Part shown: positions 8,112 to 16,174 of the stretch, piece after piece
Position numbering within the stretch: position 1 is the stretch's first letter
Layout: every line of letters starts with the position of its first letter
Source: Marine Group I thaumarchaeote
GTDB lineage: Archaea > Thermoproteota > Nitrososphaeria > Nitrososphaerales > Nitrosopumilaceae
Direction of reading: 5' to 3'
DNA: 23,326 bases
NCBI GenBank assembly: GCA_044358425.1
Contig: CP054849.1
Coordinates: forward strand, 624,147-647,472
Made by a program: the position numbers and the translations under genes
The notes under the pieces: model-generated
What the model saw: only the letters and a program-made list of their open reading frames with translations
Told to the model about the DNA's origin: nothing
Database searches by the model: none

Positions 8112-8708
8112 CTATTTAATAATTTCTTGATTTTCTAACTGTTTCAAGTATTCTTGAACTTGTTCATCTGTTTCTCCACCAAATGTTATCAAAATTTTAT
8201 CATCTTCCATTATCTCATATGCTCTGATATCTGAAACTCTCTCACCATTGATGAAATACTTCAATGAATATTCCTCATTAGTACAAAATGATTTTCCATC
8301 TGGAAATATGTAGCATTGTTCGTCTAATCCTATGGATAATGAATTAAACAAATATTCCAACTCTACACCTGTAGCATGTTTGTGAATAGTCGAACCATCT
8401 CGAGACTCAAAGTGTATCCATGGGGATTTAATTTGGTAAGCTGGTGCTGAAAAATCAAATTCATCTCCAAATATTTTCACTAAAATTGCTGCATGTGAAT
8501 GGTCACTTCCTAATGCTCCTGCATTTTCAGGACCTCCAGGGGCTTCTACAGTCATGTTCAAAAACAGAAATCCTGCATATCCGACAATTACTGCAATAAC
8601 TCCTAAAACACCTATTGCAATTAGGGTCTGTTTTCTTTTCTCTGCAGAGTGTTTAGTAGCATAATTTTCACGCTTTATTTCACGCTCTTTTCTTTCTTTT
8701 CGACCCAT
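8112..8708 (-). CDS. Membrane-anchored extracytoplasmic protein with His/Cys motifs
   Basis: Basic N-terminus and one TM helix, then HSHA, WIHFE, IHKH and C-x7-C. Confidence 0.75.
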   Translation of the reverse strand: MGRKERKEREIKRENYATKHSAEKRKQTLIAIGVLGVIAVIVGYAGFLFLNMTVEAPGGPENAGALGSDHSHAAILVKIFGDEFDFSAPAYQIKSPWIHFESRDGSTIHKHATGVELEYLFNSLSIGLDEQCYIFPDGKSFCTNEEYSLKYFINGERVSDIRAYEIMEDDKILITFGGETDEQVQEYLKQLENQEIIK

Positions 8709-8785
8709 AACAGTTCAAACTCTAAAATTTACCCCTATAAAAGATTCGATATAAACAATAAATAAAATCAAAAATGCACTTAGTT

Positions 8786-9193
8786 ATGGCGTGTATTTTT
8801 TGTGATATCCTATCTGGAAAGCGTGAGGGTCACATATTGTACGAAGATGACCATCATTTGGTGTTTTTAGACAAATATCCTATTGATGATGGTCATACCC
8901 TTGTAATTCCAAAAAAACATTATGAAAGAATTACTGATATGGACCCTGAGGATGTAGGTAAAATTTTCACTTTGGTTCCAAAAATTGCAAAAGCTGTTTT
9001 GTTAGGATCCGGTGCAGATGCATTTAGTCTAGCTCAAAACAATGGAAAGGCTGCAAAACAAATTATCCCTCATGTACATATTCACATTATTCCAAGATAT
9101 AATGACAAAGGTACTGTTTGGACTAAACGTCAAATTCCAACTGATGATGTGTTGTCAGAATTAGCCGAAAAAATAAAATCTGCTATTACTTAG
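8786..9193 (+). CDS. HIT-family (histidine triad) nucleotide hydrolase
   Basis: CIFC, GHTLVIPKKH and the HVHIHII triad. Alternative start at 8774. Confidence 0.95.
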   Translation: MACIFCDILSGKREGHILYEDDHHLVFLDKYPIDDGHTLVIPKKHYERITDMDPEDVGKIFTLVPKIAKAVLLGSGADAFSLAQNNGKAAKQIIPHVHIHIIPRYNDKGTVWTKRQIPTDDVLSELAEKIKSAIT

Positions 9194-10466
9194 TGTGACC
9201 TGGATTATATCTTAGTATTGCTCCAATCTTTCCTAAACTTGACAACATATTGCCATGTTCTGCACTTCCTGAAATAACTTCTAACTGTGTTCCTGTTTTT
9301 GCTGCAAGAATTTGTAAATAATCTACAATATCTTGTTCATTAACTTCTGTATCCATTGCTTTACAATCTGGACATGGATTGTTTTTGTATTCTGTTTTTT
9401 TTGGAATGACTAATTGTCTTTCTATAATATCTTCTTGAATTTTTTTACAACGTTTGCATTCTGCTTCTACTCTATGTAGATTTGTATTGTCTGTAATCAG
9501 TAAAATCTGAACAACATTATTTTTTAGAAACTCAATTACTTCTTGTAATCCATATGAACCCTTACCAGTATTTGTATTAATTTCTCTAAATAGATCTTCA
9601 ACTAATTTTTTTTCTTCAACTAATCTGAAGTTACCTAAAATATCTCCTGATTTGGCAAATGCTTCTCTAATGCCTTCAGCACCTGAATAACTTGCATCGA
9701 TAGTATTGATAATATTATTTTGTAATCTGTATTCTAGATAATTTCCATTAATGAAATCTTCTTTTGTTGGACCTGGTCCAGAAATAATTAATCCTTTTAC
9801 TGGATAAATATCAATAAAATATTCTCTTGTAGTTTGTGCAACTCGATTGTAGAAATAACTTAATTCCATTTCTCTTAATTTTTGAAATCTTTTTGCAGAT
9901 TGTCCACCTTGTCTGTGTTTTCCTGCAACTCCTGAACCTGTTTGTGATAAAACTTCAATTTTATCACCATGTAATAATCCCCAACCTGCATCCTTTGCAT
10001 CTATGGATAAAAATCCAATTAGATTATCATCTTTTAGCATATCTTTTAGGATATCTACATGAAAATGGTCATCACATCTGTATAGATATTGATTCAAATC
10101 TTTTGGAGGTTCAATCTCCCATGCTGTAACTACTTCACTTCCAAGTGGACCTCCCTCTTCTGGGGGTAAGGCGCCACAAAATACTACTAATCCTTTCTCA
10201 GGAGTTTTTTTGTACATTTTTAATTTTGAAACTACTTTTCCAAGAGAATCTACGACATGAGATCTTGTTAAATCTGATTTTATGTTGTCAGCAGTACCTT
10301 GTTCTTGTTGTAATGATCCAATAATTTCATGAAGTTGTTTTCCTTTTGGGATGTATACTGTAATTAGTTCTGTTCCTCTACCTGATTTTTTAGATAATTC
10401 TTCTAAAGTCTTTCTAATTTTATAGAGTTTAACTGAATCTTGTTTCTCTATGTTGATTTTTACCAT
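9186..10466 (-). CDS. prf1: Peptide chain release factor aRF1
   Basis: GTELIT, NIKS, YRCD, GGQSAKRF and GAILRY motifs; Zn-ribbon insert CKRC/CPDC in domain 3. Confidence 0.97.
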   Translation of the reverse strand: MVKINIEKQDSVKLYKIRKTLEELSKKSGRGTELITVYIPKGKQLHEIIGSLQQEQGTADNIKSDLTRSHVVDSLGKVVSKLKMYKKTPEKGLVVFCGALPPEEGGPLGSEVVTAWEIEPPKDLNQYLYRCDDHFHVDILKDMLKDDNLIGFLSIDAKDAGWGLLHGDKIEVLSQTGSGVAGKHRQGGQSAKRFQKLREMELSYFYNRVAQTTREYFIDIYPVKGLIISGPGPTKEDFINGNYLEYRLQNNIINTIDASYSGAEGIREAFAKSGDILGNFRLVEEKKLVEDLFREINTNTGKGSYGLQEVIEFLKNNVVQILLITDNTNLHRVEAECKRCKKIQEDIIERQLVIPKKTEYKNNPCPDCKAMDTEVNEQDIVDYLQILAAKTGTQLEVISGSAEHGNMLSSLGKIGAILRYNPGHTK

Positions 10467-10521
10467 TCAATAATTGTCCTAATTCTCGGATATTAATCAA
10501 TATTGATTTGGATGATTTTTT

Positions 10522-11166
10522 TTATCTTAATTCATCAAATGTTTTCAAAAATACTTCTAGCGGTTGATTTCCTCTGATTTTAATGATATTTTCATTATTA
10601 AATACTAAAAATGATGGTGTTGCATCAATTCCAATTTCTTTTCCAAAATCATAAATTGTATTAATTTTATTTTCATACTTCTTTTCATCTAAGCACTTGT
10701 TGAATTCATTAATGTCTAATTGTATTTCTTTTGCAAATTCACTTAACGACTCTCTTGTAATCCATCCTGTCCTTTCACCACCCCAATTTTTGTACAATTC
10801 ATCATGATATTGCCAATATTTTTCTTGATCATTGGCACAATAACTTGCTTGTGCAGCAAGTTTTGAATCTGGCCCATTTAATGGAAAGTCTTTGAAAATA
10901 ACTTTTACTTTTCCTTTTTTGATAAACTCTTCATTAATTATTTCTAATGTCTCTTGATGAAATTTGTAGCAGTATGTGCACTGATAATCTCCCCATTCCA
11001 AAATTGTAATTGGTGCATTAGTATCTCCTAATACTGGGGAACCATTTTCTATCAAATTTGATTCTGTTAATATTTTTGAATCTGCGCTTTGTGGTTGATA
11101 TAGTACTAAAAATGAACCTGCCATAATTCCGATCAAAATTGGAATTAAAAAATAATAATATTTCAC
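10522..11166 (-). CDS. DsbA-family thioredoxin-fold oxidoreductase, membrane-anchored
   Basis: N-terminal TM helix, GDTNAPITILEWGDYQCTYC (CxxC), DFPL and cis-Pro motif ATPSF. Confidence 0.9.
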   Translation of the reverse strand: MKYYYFLIPILIGIMAGSFLVLYQPQSADSKILTESNLIENGSPVLGDTNAPITILEWGDYQCTYCYKFHQETLEIINEEFIKKGKVKVIFKDFPLNGPDSKLAAQASYCANDQEKYWQYHDELYKNWGGERTGWITRESLSEFAKEIQLDINEFNKCLDEKKYENKINTIYDFGKEIGIDATPSFLVFNNENIIKIRGNQPLEVFLKTFDELR

Positions 11167-11363
11167 AATCTCATCTTCGATGAATATTGTAAATATCTTG
11201 TTGAAATCTATAATTTAGGATTAAATTTGATTTGGATTTTTTTCTTAAATGAATTTAGATTCAAAACCTGGATCTTGTTCTTTTTTTTGATACAAATTTC
11301 TTATTTTTTGGATCTTTTTTGCACATCAAAGAACATAAATAGATTCAACAAAAGGTAATTTTG

Positions 11364-11579
11364 ATGTCTGAAGTTAGACAAATTAACAAATCAAAATCTG
11401 CTGTATCAAAAGTAGCAATTTTGGCATTGGCCATAGTTTTTGCAGCAGGGTTATTTGTTGTAGGTTTTGATCAAGGCCATATCTTTAGTATAGTATATGG
11501 TGAACAAGCATTTACAGACCTTACAATTCATGAACTCACTCACGATATGAGACATGCAGCAGGATTTCCTTGTCACTAG
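11364..11579 (+). CDS. cbtB: Probable cobalt transporter subunit CbtB
   Basis: One TM helix plus the C-terminal signature HELTHDMRHAAGFPCH. Confidence 0.9.
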   Translation: MSEVRQINKSKSAVSKVAILALAIVFAAGLFVVGFDQGHIFSIVYGEQAFTDLTIHELTHDMRHAAGFPCH

Positions 11580-11639
11580 TGACAATATACAAATGAAATT
11601 ATCGCATTCTATTAATCTAGGTGAATTTTTACTCAATCA

Positions 11640-12347
11640 TTGAAAACTATTGTTTTTATTTCAATTGTTCTTATTTCTGGTGGTTTAGCAGGTTTAGTTC
11701 ATGGAACCATAAATTTTGCTATAGTTGAACCATATTTGGATCAGGCAATTGGGCTTGAAAATGAGAGTTTGTTTGCATCTGGAGAGGCTGAAGATACTTT
11801 GGAATTTTGGGCAGAATATGAAAGTTATAGAATTTGGCAAAAAAGTGGTCAAGTATTAGCTGGAGTAATTTTGGGACTTGCAATGGGTTCATTATTTGGT
11901 ATTGTATTTGCATTATCTAGAAATTCTTTACCTGGAAAAAACATTGTAACAAAAGCAGTATTTTTGTCGGGTCTCATGTGGTTCACACTTTATCTAATTC
12001 CCTTTTTGAAGTATCCTGCAAATCCGCCCACAGTAGGTGAAGCAGATACGGTAGTATTACGAATGATTTTGTATGTTTCCTTCATAATTATATCTGGTAT
12101 TGGAGTAATTGTATTTTACAAATTATTCACAAAATTAAATAAAAATAAAAAATATTTTGCATTAATTGGATATGCTGGATTAATGTCAATTGCATTTATC
12201 ATGATGCCTGACAACCCAGATGAAATAACTGCACCAATGAATTTAGTTAATGAATTTAGATTTGTATCTGTATTGGGTGTTACCTCGTTTTGGGGTTCTG
12301 TTGGAATAATCTTGGGATTATTTTGGAAAAAATTTGATAAGACATAG
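11640..12347 (+). CDS. cbtA: Probable cobalt transporter subunit CbtA
   Basis: Multi-TM protein with VEPYLDQAIGLE and PFLKYPANPPTVG; directly follows cbtB. Confidence 0.9.
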   Translation: MKTIVFISIVLISGGLAGLVHGTINFAIVEPYLDQAIGLENESLFASGEAEDTLEFWAEYESYRIWQKSGQVLAGVILGLAMGSLFGIVFALSRNSLPGKNIVTKAVFLSGLMWFTLYLIPFLKYPANPPTVGEADTVVLRMILYVSFIIISGIGVIVFYKLFTKLNKNKKYFALIGYAGLMSIAFIMMPDNPDEITAPMNLVNEFRFVSVLGVTSFWGSVGIILGLFWKKFDKT

Positions 12348-12364
12348 AATTTAGAAAATTCTTA

Positions 12365-12388
12365 ATTCTTATTCTAGAGACTGAGAAT
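12365..12388. promoter_or_regulatory. Putative operator box 1 (ATTCT-N8-AGAAT dyad)
   Basis: ATTCTTATTCTAGAGACTGAGAAT, 21/24 identical to 13129-13152. Lies just upstream of TATA-like TTTATATA (12401-12408). Confidence 0.65.
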
Positions 12389-12429
12389 TAGTATACTCTC
12401 TTTATATACAATAAGGTATCGTAAAAAAC

Positions 12430-12765
12430 ATGTCTAGAAAACTAACTTTACCACAATTAAAAAAATATGACATAAGTCAAAAAGTAATTGAAGCATTAGC
12501 TGATTCTGAATCACGAGCAATTTTATTTTCCATTGTTAAAAAGGGAAATACTGCTGCAGAATTGTCTGATAAATTAAAAATTCCCCTTAGCTCTGTTTAC
12601 AAGAAATTATCAGATCTTGAAGAATTAACATTGATTGAGGTAGAGAAATGGATGTTATCTGATAAAGGAAGAAAATACAAAGTTTATAGAAGTAGGATTA
12701 AACAGGCTGAAATATCTATTAAAAAGCCTGAACCAGTTTTAATATTGGTTTCAAATAGTAAATAA
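12430..12765 (+). CDS. Winged-HTH (ArsR/HTH_20-like) transcriptional regulator, paralog 1
   Basis: ALADSESRAILFSI...TAAELSDKLKIPLSSVYKKLSDLEELTLI, with wing GRKYKVYRS. Confidence 0.88.
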   Translation: MSRKLTLPQLKKYDISQKVIEALADSESRAILFSIVKKGNTAAELSDKLKIPLSSVYKKLSDLEELTLIEVEKWMLSDKGRKYKVYRSRIKQAEISIKKPEPVLILVSNSK

Positions 12766-12766
12766 T

Positions 12767-13117
12767 GTGTCTAAAAAAAGCATAATTCAGCTATCTGAAT
12801 TTGATATTAATCAAAAGATTATTGAGGCTATGAGTAATGTATGCACTCGTTCAGTATTGTTTTCAGTAAAAAATGAATCAAAAGATGTACCTACAATAGC
12901 TGAAGAATTAAAAATTTCAATATCTACAGTTTACAAAACATTATCCAATTTAGAAGAACTTGCTTTGGCTGAAGTTGATAAATATGTAATAACCTCAGAT
13001 GGTAAAAAAATCAAACTTTACCGAAGTAGGATTGGTAAGGTGGAAATTACTTTAGATGATCTTCAACCAAAATTACATTTACACCCAAATACCCTAAACT
13101 CAAAATCAAATTCATAG
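12767..13117 (+). CDS. Winged-HTH (ArsR/HTH_20-like) transcriptional regulator, paralog 2
   Basis: IAEELKISISTVYKTLSNLEELAL...GKKIKLYRSRI. Aligns end to end with paralog 1; GTG start 1 nt after its stop. Confidence 0.88.
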   Translation: MSKKSIIQLSEFDINQKIIEAMSNVCTRSVLFSVKNESKDVPTIAEELKISISTVYKTLSNLEELALAEVDKYVITSDGKKIKLYRSRIGKVEITLDDLQPKLHLHPNTLNSKSNS

Positions 13118-13128
13118 AAATATTGCAT

Positions 13129-13152
13129 ATTCTCATTCTATAGACTTAGAAT
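13129..13152. promoter_or_regulatory. Putative operator box 2 (ATTCT-N8-AGAAT dyad)
   Basis: ATTCTCATTCTATAGACTTAGAAT, upstream of TATA-like TTTAAATA (13176-13183) before phnD. Confidence 0.65.
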
Positions 13153-13213
13153 AACAAAGTAGAAACATGTTTGACTTTAAATAATCTTAGCTGAAACTAA
13201 TTTTTGAAACACA

Positions 13214-14302
13214 ATGAAACAACAGAAAATTTTGACATTAATTGTTGCATTAACAATAATTGGTGTTTCAACAACAACTGTACTTCAAAACGCCGAGGCA
13301 GAAAGTTTGATTCCTACATGGATTAAAACAAATGCTGCATGGTGGGCTGAAGACACAATTGATGACGAAACTTTTCTTACTGGAATAGAATATCTAGTTG
13401 AAAATGAAATTATCAATGTTTCATCTGAATCAAAAATTACTGATGTTGATTCCTTAACAATTGGATTTATACCAGTTGAAAAGGCTGATGAATTAACGCC
13501 AAAAGCTGAAGCATTAGAAAAGTTTTTGGAATCAAAACTTGGAATTGATATCGAAATAGTTGTTCCAACAAACTATGAAACCATTATCGAAGGAATGAGA
13601 TTTGGTCATATTGATGCTGCCTTTATGGATACTGGTCCTGGATGGATTACACATCAAAGAACTGGTGCTGAAGCTGTCTTATCAGAATTAGTAAAAGGAA
13701 AAGTTAACTATCAAGCAACTGTTTGGGCACTTGCAGATAATGATTCAATTAATTCATTAGAAGACACAGTAGGACAACGCGTTGCATTTACCAGTATTAC
13801 TGGTTCTTCAGGTTTTGTTAGACCAATGGGAACATTGGTTACTTCTGGACATGTAGATATTCAAGGTGATGACATTGTTGCTTTAGAAATGGCACTTGCA
13901 AATAACTTCAAAAGTTACACATTTGCTGGAGGCTACAAGGCAGCATTGAATTTACTTCTTAATGGTGACGTTGATGTAGCATTTGGTTCAGATATTGCTC
14001 CAAAAAAATACTTAGATCTTGAGGATCAAGCAAAATTACGTCCAGTGACCACAATTGGTCCAGTTCCATCACATGTATTTATGGTAAGTTCCAGTATGTC
14101 TGAATCTACCAAAAATAATTTAGTTGATGCATTAATTGAACTCAATTACGACGAACACAATTCAATATTGACAGACTTGTATGGTGCAGAGGCATTAGTA
14201 CCAACAACAACCACTATGCACATAGGTGAATTTGGTACATTTATTGATGCTCTAACTGGTTTAGATCAAAAAATATTGGACAAGTATGATAAGAGCAAAT
14301 AA
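13214..14302 (+). CDS. phnD: PhnD-family ABC substrate-binding protein with N-terminal thaumarchaeal IPxWIK module
   Basis: Signal peptide (AEA site), then IPTWIKTNAAWW, LTIGFIP, NYETIIEGMRFGHIDAAF and GDVDVAF. In operon with an ABC ATPase and a PhnE-type permease. Confidence 0.85.
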   Translation: MKQQKILTLIVALTIIGVSTTTVLQNAEAESLIPTWIKTNAAWWAEDTIDDETFLTGIEYLVENEIINVSSESKITDVDSLTIGFIPVEKADELTPKAEALEKFLESKLGIDIEIVVPTNYETIIEGMRFGHIDAAFMDTGPGWITHQRTGAEAVLSELVKGKVNYQATVWALADNDSINSLEDTVGQRVAFTSITGSSGFVRPMGTLVTSGHVDIQGDDIVALEMALANNFKSYTFAGGYKAALNLLLNGDVDVAFGSDIAPKKYLDLEDQAKLRPVTTIGPVPSHVFMVSSSMSESTKNNLVDALIELNYDEHNSILTDLYGAEALVPTTTTMHIGEFGTFIDALTGLDQKILDKYDKSK

Positions 14303-14319
14303 AACCCAGCTATTTAGAA

Positions 14320-15150
14320 ATGAAACAAATTCAAATGGCTAAAACCTCTTCTTTTTCAATAATTTCTACAAAAAAGATTATTCAAATGAATGATGTTTGG
14401 ACTTCATATGATTCTAAAAGCTATGCATTAGAGGGAGTAAATTTATCCATAGATAGAGGTACTAACTATGCTATTGTTGGTCAGTCTGGCTCTGGAAAAT
14501 CAACTCTTCTAAAATTAATGAATGGAATGATGGTTCCTAGTAAAGGAATTATCAAAATTGATTATTTGACACCCAATATGAATAATAAAAAATTCAAAAA
14601 AATGATGCATACAATTGGCTACATTCCACAAAGCTTAGGATTAGTAAAAAATGTCAGTGTACTAGATAATATTTTGATTGGTGCATTACCTAGATTAAAT
14701 CGAATGCAGTCAATTATGAAACAATTTCCTGAAAATGAAATTCAAGAAGCAAAACGTATTTTAAAATTAGTTGGATTATCTGGAAAAGAGTCACGCAAAG
14801 CATACATGTTAAGTGGAGGGGAAAAAAGACGTGTTGCAATTGCTAGAGCATTAATGCAAAAACCTACTATTCTACTAGCTGATGAGATAGTCTCAGAATT
14901 AGATCATGTCACATCTAGAGAAATAATGGATTTAATTTTAGATGCTCAAAAGAAAATGAATCTTACTGCAATTATGGTTCATCATGATATGAAACTTGCA
15001 TTGGAATATGCAAATCGTGTTGCAGTAATTAAAGAAGGCCAAAAAATTTTAGAGATTGGCGTGGAAGGAGATACAATTGTAGATTTCCAAACCGGAGATA
15101 TGAGTATTGAAGAAATAATGGAGATGCATAACACTGACACCAAAGAATAA
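14320..15150 (+). CDS. phnC: Phosphonate-type ABC transporter ATP-binding protein
   Basis: Walker A GQSGSGKS, Q-loop GYIPQ, signature LSGGE, Walker B ILLADE and H-loop VHHD. Confidence 0.88.
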   Translation: MKQIQMAKTSSFSIISTKKIIQMNDVWTSYDSKSYALEGVNLSIDRGTNYAIVGQSGSGKSTLLKLMNGMMVPSKGIIKIDYLTPNMNNKKFKKMMHTIGYIPQSLGLVKNVSVLDNILIGALPRLNRMQSIMKQFPENEIQEAKRILKLVGLSGKESRKAYMLSGGEKRRVAIARALMQKPTILLADEIVSELDHVTSREIMDLILDAQKKMNLTAIMVHHDMKLALEYANRVAVIKEGQKILEIGVEGDTIVDFQTGDMSIEEIMEMHNTDTKE

Positions 15151-15949
15151 CATCATAATTGCAATAATTGTGGGATTAGTTGTAGTTGCATCATACAACG
15201 TAGAAGCTAATCCATTGGATTTTGCCGAAGGTATTCCAAATCTAGCAATTATTGCTTCGGAAATATTTGTTTTAGAAAATATTGTTGAAGATTTGAAATA
15301 TATCCCAACTGCATTATGGGCCATGCTTGAGACTCTTCAAATGGCATTCATTGGAACTGTGATTGGTGTAGTTGTAGGGTTACCTCTTAGTATGTTATCG
15401 GCACGTAATCTAAATAGCAAGTATGTCTATGCACCTACTCGTGCTTTATTGGCCATAATTCGTACTTTTCCTTCCATATTGTGGGCATTATTGTTTGTAA
15501 TTATGGTGGGTTTGGGACCATATGCCGGAGTTTTGGCAATCGTGATGTATACTATAGGATTTGTTACAAAACTACAATACGAATCAATTGAAACCATTGA
15601 TTCCGATCCTATGGACGCTGTTAGTTCAATTGGTGTTAGTAAATTTCAATTAATTCGATACGTTGTACTTCCTGAATCTGCATCTCATTTGTTGGGTCAG
15701 ATATTGTACATGTTTGATTACAATGTTCGACAAACTAGTATTTTGGGAATCGTTGGAGCTGGTGGAATTGGATTTTTCATTATTAATTATATAAAATTCT
15801 TTGAGTATGGAAAAGCTGCAATCTTTTTAGTTATAGTTCTCATTACTGTGTTGATTATTGATTGGGTAAGTGTAAAAATCAGAGACAAATACATAATAAA
15901 ATCTCAACACGGTGTAGAAATAAAACCTAAAAAATCTCTATTTAGTTAG
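15134..15949 (+). CDS. phnE: Phosphonate-type ABC transporter permease
   Basis: ETLQMAFIGT, RTFPSILWALLFV, VGLGPYAGVLA and NVRQTSILGIVGAGGIG. The frame extends 5' of GTG 15170 to CTG 15134, completing TM1, with GGAGA at 15120-15124. Confidence 0.9.
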   Translation: MTPKNNIIIAIIVGLVVVASYNVEANPLDFAEGIPNLAIIASEIFVLENIVEDLKYIPTALWAMLETLQMAFIGTVIGVVVGLPLSMLSARNLNSKYVYAPTRALLAIIRTFPSILWALLFVIMVGLGPYAGVLAIVMYTIGFVTKLQYESIETIDSDPMDAVSSIGVSKFQLIRYVVLPESASHLLGQILYMFDYNVRQTSILGIVGAGGIGFFIINYIKFFEYGKAAIFLVIVLITVLIIDWVSVKIRDKYIIKSQHGVEIKPKKSLFS

Positions 15950-16169
15950 ATTTTTTTTCAGAATCTAACGGAATTTGATTACAACTACCGCATCCATTCT
16001 TTCTTGTACCAAACCAAATAAATGCAGATGGCAATAATAGATAAAGCAACATTGCATTTTCAAATCCAAACAAAGTTTTATTTTCTAAAACATATCCTGC
16101 TGCTATGATTACTCCAGATGAAATTAATCCTACTGCAGAAATTTTATTAATTTTATCTTTTAATGTCAT
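15942..16169 (-). CDS. Small two-TM membrane protein with C-terminal CGSC
   Basis: 75 aa, two hydrophobic segments and GCGSCN. Starts 5 nt after the purP stop. Confidence 0.7.
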   Translation of the reverse strand: MTLKDKINKISAVGLISSGVIIAAGYVLENKTLFGFENAMLLYLLLPSAFIWFGTRKNGCGSCNQIPLDSEKKSN

Positions 16170-16174
16170 TATTT

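Noticed and set aside
9836-10129. ORF-track 97-aa + ORF
   Set aside because: Antisense shadow inside prf1.
11167-11363. Cobalamin riboswitch upstream of cbtBA, as common in bacteria
   Set aside because: The region is very T-rich with no B12-box or GC-rich stems.
11451-11913. Minus-strand ORFs 11451..11636 and 11719..11913
   Set aside because: Antisense to the well-supported cbtB and cbtA.
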